A stretch of DNA of 64,000 nt from Cryomorphaceae bacterium BACL29 MAG-121220-bin8 (GTDB lineage: Bacteria > Bacteroidota > Bacteroidia > Flavobacteriales > Flavobacteriaceae). Below, piece after piece: positions 30,455 to 39,613 of this stretch (positions within the stretch are counted from its first letter, which is position 1; the number at the start of each line of letters is the position of its first letter). The notes beneath the pieces are model-generated. The model made no database searches. It was not told where the DNA came from and worked only from the letters and a program-made list of their open reading frames with translations. The translations under genes and the position numbers were made by a program. The stretch is from the NCBI GenBank assembly GCA_905181705.1, contig CAJIYP010000004.1, positions 61,196 through 125,195 on the forward strand, read 5' to 3'.

Positions 30455-31105
30455 ATGAGTATTCTATTTCCTAAAGATTTTTTATGCAAAATTTCTATAT
30501 TAATAATTTGGTTGTTTCACTTTTGTGGTGCTTTAGGAATAATTTATGGAAACAAAGAACTTTTTTTGTCGTTTACTCCCATTAATCTATTTATTTCTTT
30601 TCTTTTATTATTTGTGAATCAGAATGAGTTAGAGAACAAAAATATTATTACTGCAATGTTGATATTTACAATAGGAATGGTTGCAGAAATTTTAGGAGTT
30701 AATTATGGAATTATTTTTGGAGAATACATCTATTTAGACAATCTTGGGTATAAAATCATGGGGGTTCCAGTAATGATTGGAATTCAATGGATTATTTTGA
30801 CATTTATAACAGGATCTTTTACTGCCTATGTATTTAAGAACAACAAGTTTAAGGCAATTTTGGCTGGAGTTATTTTATTGGTTGTTTTAGATATTTTAAT
30901 TGAACCAGTTGCTCCCAGTATGGGATTTTGGATTTTTTCAACTGTTGAAGCTCCAATTCAAAACTACTTTGGTTGGTTTTTAGTTTCAGTTCCTGTTCAA
31001 ATGCTTTTTCATTATGGTATAGAAAGAAAAGACACTACTTTTTCTTTTCATTTATTGATTATTCAATTTTTATTTTTTGGAACAATAAATATTTTAGCCC
31101 TGTAG
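30455..31105 (+). CDS. cruF: DUF422-type carotenoid biosynthesis membrane protein (CruF-like 1',2'-hydratase candidate)
   Basis: 216 aa with about 7 TM helices. Sits directly after crtD, as in myxol/saproxanthin gene sets. The stop codon lies inside tRNA-Arg. Confidence 0.55.
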   Translation: MSILFPKDFLCKISILIIWLFHFCGALGIIYGNKELFLSFTPINLFISFLLLFVNQNELENKNIITAMLIFTIGMVAEILGVNYGIIFGEYIYLDNLGYKIMGVPVMIGIQWIILTFITGSFTAYVFKNNKFKAILAGVILLVVLDILIEPVAPSMGFWIFSTVEAPIQNYFGWFLVSVPVQMLFHYGIERKDTTFSFHLLIIQFLFFGTINILAL

Positions 31106-31167
31106 TTCAACGGATAGAATAGAAGTTTCCTAAACTTTAGATCTAGGTTCGATTCCTAGCAGGGCTA
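31096..31167 (+). tRNA. tRNA-Arg (anticodon CCU)
   Basis: Cloverleaf folded by hand. Acceptor AGCCCTG/CAGGGCT, U8, D stem GTTC/GAAT with a GG loop, anticodon stem GAAGT/ACTTT with loop TTCCTAA, T arm CTAGG-TTCGATT-CCTAG. No encoded CCA. Confidence 0.9.
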
Positions 31168-31644
31168 CTAACTAGTTACCGTTAATTTCCCCCCTGAGTA
31201 AGAAGAAGTAAAACATTTTAATGCACCTCCAGCAGTTCCGCTTGTTGAACAATCTGTTGGATATGAATTAGAATGTGCGCTACATTTAAATTTATCTTCA
31301 GAGGTACTATAGGACCAAGCATTTCTATTTCCTGCATGTGGACAGCTATTTGTAAAAGCTCTGTAGGTGGAGGAGTCTATTTTTAAAAGCAACATTTTTT
31401 GAGCTGTAAAATTCATCCATCCATTACTTCCCAAAGAAGAAAATGCAGAGTGGTTTAAGTCTATAACTACTGTATTTCCACTTACAGTATACCCGTTAGT
31501 AGTGCTGTTTCCTCCTCCACTTCCACCTGAATCAACTGTATCTTCTGAACCAGAGGAGCAGGCTTCTAAAAGGGTCACGCCAACAAAAGCCAAAGCAACT
31601 GAAGGACAAACATTTGTTAGGAATTCTCTTCTTTTATTTTTCAT
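31168..31644 (-). CDS. exported Rieske [2Fe-2S] domain lipoprotein
   Basis: Tat-like RREFL followed by a lipobox (LLEAC), a Gly/Ser linker, and the Rieske ligands CPH…(19 aa)…CSAH. Confidence 0.7.
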   Translation of the reverse strand: MKNKRREFLTNVCPSVALAFVGVTLLEACSSGSEDTVDSGGSGGGNSTTNGYTVSGNTVVIDLNHSAFSSLGSNGWMNFTAQKMLLLKIDSSTYRAFTNSCPHAGNRNAWSYSTSEDKFKCSAHSNSYPTDCSTSGTAGGALKCFTSSYSGGKLTVTS

Positions 31645-31733
31645 AAATTTAAAACTATGTAAATTTTTTTTTAGAATTGTTCTAAATGGTTAGTTTTACA
31701 TTCTTATTACTTATAATAAAATAAAAATAAATT

Positions 31734-33401
31734 ATGAATCTTTCCACATTAGATATTATTGTTTTCATTTCCTATTGCTTAATAATTCTTTTTATAGGTC
31801 TTTATGTCTCTAGAGAAAAAGGTGGTAAAGCTAAAAGCGCTGAAGATTATTTTTTAGCAGGAAAATCTCTTCCATGGTGGGCAATTGGAGCATCTTTAAT
31901 AGCTGCTAATATTTCTGCAGAACAATTTGTTGCCATGAATGGATCAGGTTTTGCTGCAGGATTAGCTATAGCATCTTATGAGTGGATGGCAGCAATTACG
32001 CTTTTAATTGTGGGAAAATATTTTTTACCAATATTTATTGAAAAAGGACTTTACACTATTCCAGAATTTATTGAAAAAAGATTTAGTACTAACTTAAAAA
32101 CCATTTTGGCTATTTTTTGGATTGCTCTTTTTGTTTTTGTAAATCTAACAACTGTACTTTTTTTAGGAGCAAAAGCTTTAGATATTGTAATTGGAACTGG
32201 TGACGGAAGTCTGCTTTTTGGAAGCATAATTGGTTTAGGTTTGTTTGCAGCAGCCTATTCTCTATGGGGAGGTTTGGCGGCTGTAGCTTGGACAGATGTA
32301 ATTCAGGTTGTATTGTTGATATTTGGGGGCTTAATGATGACTTATTTTGCATTGTCGAATGTTACGGAATCTGGAAGTTTTATTGATGGAATTGCATACG
32401 TATATAAAACTGTTCCAGAAAGGTTTACTATGATTGTTTCTAAAGGAGAAATTATAAATACAAATGGAGAGGATACATGGAAAAATCTTCCGGGAATAGC
32501 TGTTTTAGTTGGTGGAATGTGGGTTGCAAACCTTTATTATTGGGGCTTTAATCAGTATATAATTCAAAGAACACTAGCAGCTAAAAATTTACGAGAAGGA
32601 CAGAAAGGAATCGCTTTTGCTGCTTTTCTTAAACTCTTAATGCCAATAATTGTTGTTGTTCCAGGTATAGTTGCCTATGTAATGAATATGGATGCAGGAG
32701 TTTTTAATCCTGAAACTATAGATCAAAGCTTTATTAGCGATAATGGCATGATAGCAAATGATAATGCAGCGCCTTGGTTAATAAAAAACTTTATTCCATC
32801 TGGATTTTTAGGTCTTATTTTAGCTGCTCTAGCTGCAGCAATAGTATCTTCTTTAGCTTCAATGCTTAACTCAACTTCCACTATTTTTACTATGGATATT
32901 TATAAATCTTTTATTAATAAAGAAGCTTCAGATAAATCAATGGTTAGAGTGGGAAGAATCACTGCATTAGTATCTTTAATAATTGCGATGTTAATTGCTC
33001 CACAATTAGGAAGTTTAGGTGAGGTTTTTCAGTTTATTCAAGAATATACAGGAGTTGTAAGTCCAGGTATTTTAGCTGTATTTCTGATGGGATTATTTTA
33101 TAAAAAGGCAACCAATAATGCTGCTATTTGGGGGGTTATTTCCTCTGTTCCTGTAGCAATGTATTTTAAAGTTGTTCCTTCAAATTGGTTTCTTGCAGAA
33201 ACTCCATTCATGAATCAAATGGGAATAACTTGTTTAGCTACTATTTTTATAATCTATGTTATTAGTTATTTAGAGGGTAACAAGGATAATCCAAAAGGAA
33301 TAGTTTTAAGTAAAAAATTATTTGAAACTTCCAGTTCTTTTAATATAGCAGCTATGGTTATATGTATTATTACCGCTTTCCTTTATGCCTTTCTTTGGTA
33401 A
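31734..33401 (+). CDS. sodium:solute symporter (SSF/SGLT-type, probable Na+/glucose transporter)
   Basis: 555 aa, about 13-14 TM helices. SSF signature regions (GKSLPWWAIGASLIAANISAEQF…, YYWGFNQYIIQR). Confidence 0.85.
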   Translation: MNLSTLDIIVFISYCLIILFIGLYVSREKGGKAKSAEDYFLAGKSLPWWAIGASLIAANISAEQFVAMNGSGFAAGLAIASYEWMAAITLLIVGKYFLPIFIEKGLYTIPEFIEKRFSTNLKTILAIFWIALFVFVNLTTVLFLGAKALDIVIGTGDGSLLFGSIIGLGLFAAAYSLWGGLAAVAWTDVIQVVLLIFGGLMMTYFALSNVTESGSFIDGIAYVYKTVPERFTMIVSKGEIINTNGEDTWKNLPGIAVLVGGMWVANLYYWGFNQYIIQRTLAAKNLREGQKGIAFAAFLKLLMPIIVVVPGIVAYVMNMDAGVFNPETIDQSFISDNGMIANDNAAPWLIKNFIPSGFLGLILAALAAAIVSSLASMLNSTSTIFTMDIYKSFINKEASDKSMVRVGRITALVSLIIAMLIAPQLGSLGEVFQFIQEYTGVVSPGILAVFLMGLFYKKATNNAAIWGVISSVPVAMYFKVVPSNWFLAETPFMNQMGITCLATIFIIYVISYLEGNKDNPKGIVLSKKLFETSSSFNIAAMVICIITAFLYAFLW

Positions 33402-33522
33402 TGAATTAATGTAAGGTGTTTTTTTCTGCCTATACAGACTATTAATATTTATTTATAATATTTATTATAAATTTGTTACAATAGAGTTTTGATTAATATT
33501 CAACTAACTAATTATCAGTATA

Positions 33523-36323
33523 TTGAAAAAATTTATTTTAATTTTTTTTATTTGTTTTACTCTTCAGTCGCAGTTATTACCGCCTATACAGTCTTATTCT
33601 CCAGAGGATTACAAAGGCGCTAATCAAAATTGGGATATCACTCAATCTTTAGATAATGACATTTTTTTTGCCAATAGTGATGGTCTTTTAAAATACAATG
33701 GGTCGCAGTGGACTGTTTTTCCATCACCTGGTGGGGTTATAGTAAGGTCGATTAAATCTGTGAAAAATAGAGTTTACGCTGGTTTGTATGAAAATTTTGG
33801 TTATTGGGAAAAAAATAATCAAGGTGTATACGAGTTTTATTCTTTATCGGATGATAATAAGATAGTCGTTGAAAATGACGAAGAGTTTTGGAATATTTTA
33901 CATTATGATAATTGGTTAATTTTCCAATCACTTTCTAGACTTATCATGTATAATGAGTCTTCAAAAATTTTTAAGGTTTTAAATCCCAATCAGGATATTT
34001 TCAATTCTTTTATAGTAGATAAACAAGTCTATTTAACTCTTAGTTCTGGTCTTTATACATTGGATGAAGGAAAAGAAGTTTTACTTTCAAACGATTCTAG
34101 ATTGAGAAACAGAAGTCAATCCCCTCACATTGTAAATATTTTTAAAGACAACAGAAATTTATTAATCATAACGGATAAAATGGAATTTTTTAAGCTCTTG
34201 CCAACTGGTAAATTAGAGGCTTGGGATTTAAAATATAATGATGATTTTGATTATACATCAGTAAATGTATATGATGCTAAAAGATTAAAAGACGGCGGAT
34301 TTGCTTTAGCTACAGTCGGTAAAGGTTTGATATTGTTGAATAGTAATGGGGAGGTTATTAATATAATTAATAAGTCTAAGGGAATAGGAAATAATACTGT
34401 TTTATCTCTTTTTGAAGATTTTGACAATAATTTATGGCTTGGTCTTGATAACGGAATTTCCTTAATCAATAGTAAATCTGCCTTTAAAATCTTTAATGAT
34501 AATGATGGTAGATTGGGAACCGTTTATGCCTCAAAGCTTCATAATAAATATCTATATGTTGGTACTAATCAAGGCTTGTTTTTTAAGAGATATCAATCGA
34601 AGAATGATTTTAAATTAATCCCCAATACCATTGGGCAAGTTTGGAACTTAACCGAAATTAATGGAGACCTTTTTTGTGGGCATAATGAAGGTTCTTTTTT
34701 AATCAATGAAGGTAAAGCAGTTAAGATTCCTGAAACTGCCGGAACTTGGAGTTTTAAAAAACCCTTCAGAATCATTAGGATTAATTTTAGAAGGAACTTA
34801 TTCGGGATTTAATGTTTTACATAAAAAAAATGAAAAATGGACAATAAGAAATAAAATTAAAGGGTTTGATATTTCTTCAAGGTTTTTTGAAATTTCTAAA
34901 AACGGAAACATTCTGGTTGGTCATGGATACAAAGGTGTTTATAAGTTGTCATTAAGCTCTGACTTTTATGACGTAATTGAAATTAAACTTGATTCGACGG
35001 TTTCAATTGGCGGAAGTGCTAGTTTATCAAAATTTGATAATGAGATTTATTACAATTACAGTGGAGGATTTTATAAATATAATGATGAAAAAGATTTTTT
35101 TGAAAGAGATAGTTTACTTTCTAGTCTTTCAGAAAAAGAACTAATAAACGGAATTATAATAAATGATGAAAATAAAAAATTATGGATGTTTTCAGAAAAC
35201 TACATGCATTACCTTTCTAAAGATCTAATGTCAAATGAAAAGACAATTAATACTATTCTGTTTCCTGAAAACCTAAGAAAAACTGTTTATGAAAATATTT
35301 CAAAAATTGAAAACGAATTATATGTCATTGGCACTAACAATGGATATATTTCATTTGATTTAGAGAAGTATTTTATTTCACTTACCTAAAATACAAATCG
35401 AAAGAGTTGAAGTAAGTAAATTAAACCAAACACCAATTCCAATTAAATTTCAAGAAGATTTTCAATTAGATTACAAGACCAATTATGTTACTTTTTATTA
35501 TAATTCTACGAATTTTCAGAAATTTAAAAATGTCCAATATCAATATTTATTGGATGGATATTTAAATGAATGGAGTGATTGGAACCAAAATTCAAATGTT
35601 ACATTTAGTAACTTGAGATTTGGAAACTACGAATTTAAAGTAAGATCTAAAATTGGAGATGATAATTCCGATTTAATTAAATCTGTTGATTTTTCAATTC
35701 AAAGACCTTGGTATGGTTCAAACTTTATGATAGCAAATTATGCTTTAATATTTGGAATCCTTTTTTTTATAATTAATAATTATTATAATAATTTTTATAA
35801 ACGAAAAGAAGAGAAAATGATTAGAATTAATCAAAGTCAATTGGAATTAAAAGAAGTGGAAAAGAAACAAGCTTTAGTTACTATCGAGAATGAAAAATTA
35901 ATTCAAGATATTGAGGGTAAAAACAGGGAATTAGCTATATCAACTATGAGTATGATTAAAAAAAATCAGTTTTTAAGTAAAATTAAAAATGATTTGAAAA
36001 AAGCTGATTCAATCCAAAAAGCAAACTCAGTAATAAAAGTTATAGACAAGCACTTAAACAACCAGGATGATTGGAAATTTTTTGAAGAGGCATTTAATAA
36101 CGCTGATAAGGATTTCCTAAAAAAGGTAAAAGATTATCATCCTACTCTGACAAATAACGATTTAAGGCTATGTGCTTACCTGAGATTGAATCTTTCTTCA
36201 AAAGATATTGCACCTTTACTAAATATTTCTTTAAGTAGTGTTGAAATCAAGCGTTATAGGTTAAGAAAAAAGATGAATTTATCACGAAATGAGGGACTTA
36301 CAGATCATTTGCTTAGTTTGTAA
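33523..36323 (+). pseudogene. beta-propeller / Y_Y_Y / LuxR-HTH one-component regulator, interrupted by two frameshifts as sequenced
   Basis: ORFs 33523-34812, 34706-35389 and 35364/35550-36323 are in three successive frames and read as one ~930-aa protein. It has a signal/TM, propeller repeats, a Y_Y_Y-like segment (YQYLLDGYLNEWSDW), a TM (FMIANYALIFGILFFII) and a LuxR-type HTH (LTNNDLRLCAYLRLNLSSKDIAPLLNISLSSVEIKRYRLRKKM). The breaks fall at the T4A6 run 34752-34761 and at the T runs 35371-35378. Confidence 0.75.
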
Positions 36324-36560
36324 TTATTATATATTTAGATAATAAAACCATACATAAACTATACACTTTATTTTTGCATTTTTAAATTTATATATTCAAT
36401 TAGTTTAAATCATTAATTTATCTATTTTTTCATCTCATAATTATGTAATTGCATACTTTTTAGTCTTTATTTTTAAATACTCAACAATTTGTAAAGGTTA
36501 TTTATATTTTCTTAACAACATATATATGTTAAGTTTACTTTTTAATAATCAAAACATAAT

Positions 36561-39500
36561 ATGAAAACAAAATTTTTAACTCATTTTCTATCATTTACTA
36601 TTGACAGTTGTTTTTGGTTTTTCCATGCACTCTCAATCTATTAGTGGAACAGTTACCGATGATAATGGGGTTGCACTTCCAGGTGCAACAGTTTTAGTAA
36701 AAGGTACTACAAATGGAGTTTCGACTGATTTTGACGGAGATTTTACTCTATCTGCTTCTCATGTGATGATACGCTAGTTTTTAGCTTTATTGGATATGCT
36801 TCTCAATCCATTCTGGTCGGCTCTTCAGTCTAGCTATTAATGTATGCTTTATCACCTGACAACCTACTTAGACGAAGTTGTTGTCACTGGGTATGGATCT
36901 CAAAAAGCTTCTAATATTTCTGGTTCCGTTTCAGTTGTTTCTAGTGAAGATGTTGAAAAGATTAAGCCATTAAGAATGGAAGATGCTTTACAGGGTCAAG
37001 CTGGTTTAAATGTAATTTCTAGTCGCTCATCCTGGTGGTAAACCTTCGGTTTTAATTAGAGGAATTACTTCTTTTTCTGGAACTGATCCCCTTGTAGTTA
37101 TTGACGGTATCAATTCTTCTTTGTATGATATGGACGCTATTAATCCCTCAACGATATCGAAAGTGTTTCTGTTCTTAAAGACGCTTCTACTACTGCTATG
37201 TATGGTGTTAGAGGAGGAAGTGGTGTAATAGTTATTACTACCAAATCTGGTAAGAAAAACCAAGAAACTATATTTTCTTTAGATACATCCTACGGAGTTC
37301 AAGAAGTAAATAAATATATTAATGTTCTAAATGCCTCTCAATACGCAGCAATTTTAAATGAGGGCAGTGTTCAGTCTGGTGGTCCAATTATTTTCTCTGA
37401 TCTTTCCTTAGCTGGTGTCGGTACAAATTGGCAAAAAGAACTTTTTAATGCAGCTCCAATCTCTACTACTAGTTTTTCAGCATCTGGTGGATCAGATACT
37501 TCAACTTATTTTCTTTCAGTTGGATATACTGCTCAAGAGGGTGTAGCTGTTGGCGGGGATAAAGATTTTAATGATAGAGCTGCTTTAACAGCAAATTTCA
37601 CAACCGATTTATCGGATAAATTAAAAGCTATTTTTCACACGAAATATTCAAATATTCAAGGAAATGGCCACGGTGGAAATCAAATATTTAATGCCTTAAA
37701 TTTTGATCCAATGATTCCAGTTATGGTTAATGGTGCTTACGGAATTAGTAGCACTATTACCCAAGAGGTAATTAACCCTATTGCTGGTGCTTCTAATTCT
37801 TACAGTGATAACAAGACGGATAAATTAATTGGAAAAATTGAATTACAATACCAATTAATGGATGATTTTAAAATCACATCTAGATTAGGCTATACAAGTG
37901 TCTGGCAGCAGCAGAAAAGTTTTACTCCTCTTCAATTTTATGGAGTGGGTCACAATAGTACTAATGCAAATGCAGATTTGTCTCCTAGAACTGATGACGA
38001 TCACAACAGAGTATCCGAAATGAAACAAAATTGGTTTAATTATACCTATGAAATATTTGGAAATTATAACTTCAATATTAACGAGGAACATAATTTCAAT
38101 GTCTTTGCAGGGTTTACTATTGGTAAAAACACTCAAAATGGACTAAACGGAAGTAATGTGGATGTTCCATTTAACTCATGGTTATATGCTGACTTAAGTT
38201 CGGCATCTGGTGGTGTTGCTGATCAGTCTACAGGATCATGGCAATATGTTAGTAGAAGTGTTTCTCTTATGTCTAGGGTTGAGTATGATTTTCAAGAAAA
38301 GTATTTAGCGTCATTTACTGTTAGAAGAGATGGTTCAACTAATTTTGGAAAAAACAACAAGTTCGCTATATTTCCATCTGCTTCAATTGGGTGGGTTGCT
38401 TCTAATGAGGAGTTTTTTAATTCTACAGCAATTAATTTTTTAAAATTAAGAGCTAGTTATGGTTCTGTTGGAAATGACAATGCTTCTCCACAGTTTGGAA
38501 CTATTTCTACTTTTCCGAAATATACTTTTGGTGATGATATAGTCTCTGGATCTACCTTGTTAGGTATTCCAAACAATAATGTTTCTTGGGAAAATCAAAT
38601 CCAAACAAATATTGGAATTGATTTATCTATGTATGACTCTAAATTAAGATTTACAGCAGATTATTTTATCAAGACTGTAGATGACTTATTATTTAGTCCT
38701 ACGTTATCTCTTTATTTAGGTATTCCTAGCTTACCCTGTTGCTAATATTGGCAAAACTGAAACTAAAGGTTATGAAATTAGCCTTTCATATGGAACATGA
38801 TATTTCAGACAAAATAAGTTTTGACACTACTTTTAATTTTACATCAGCTGATAACTTAGTTAAAGAAATTAATAATGGTGATAAATATATTTGGGGAAGT
38901 GGATATGGGATTCCTTTTAAAAATTTAACACAGTTTAGACAAGGTGAGTCTCCTGGAATTTTTTGGGGATATAAAACAAATGGAATATTTCAAAATCAGT
39001 CCGATATAAGTAATCATGCAACTCAAGATAATGCACAGCCTGGAGATATTAAGTTTGTTGATGTTAATGGGGACAATGTTATCAATGCTGATGATAGAAC
39101 TAAAATAGGAGATCCATTTGCAGATTATACTATAGGATGGAATTTTGCATTAAATGTGCATAATTTTGATTTATCAGTATTCTCATACGCATCTGTTGGA
39201 AATGATATTTTTAGAGGTTATGAAAGAAATCTAAATTATACTAATAAATTTGCATCTGTATTAAACAGGTGGAAAGGTGCAGGAACTAGTAATTCAGAGC
39301 CTAGATATTCTTTTGTAGACTCAAATAATAATACAAGAGTTTCTGATAGATATGTTGAAGATGGAAGTTTCCTTAAAATAAAAAATATTCAATTAGGATA
39401 TGACATGCCACTGAGTGAGGCAAGTTCTTTTACTAGTGTTAGAATTTATGCATTAGCAAAAAATCCTTTTACATTTACTGACTATACTGGTTACGATCCT

Positions 39501-39602
39501 GAAATTTCAAACGGTGGTAGTCCAGTACTAGATACAGGAGTTGACAGAGGAACCTACCCTTCTCCTAGAATTATTTCACTTGGTTTAAATCTTAAATTTT
39601 AA
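36561..39602 (+). pseudogene. susC: SusC-like TonB-dependent outer-membrane transporter, broken by at least 9 frame disruptions as sequenced
   Basis: Joining the frames gives a canonical SusC. It reads [67 protein letters not shown] (carboxypeptidase-regulatory-like), then [14 protein letters not shown]…, then LDEVVVTGYGSQK (plug), then IESVSVLKDASTTAMYGVRG. An intact 515-aa barrel segment follows (37198-38745), then a C-terminal 287-aa segment ending in a terminal Phe. Confidence 0.85.
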
Positions 39603-39613
39603 ATATATATAAA

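Noticed and set aside
36369-36376. A TATTTTTG (-7-like) box in the susC upstream region as the PUL promoter.
   Set aside because: No suitably spaced TTTG/-33 element is present. The box is ~185 nt from the ATG, and matches to this 8-mer are frequent in AT-rich spacers. That is too weak to report as a feature.
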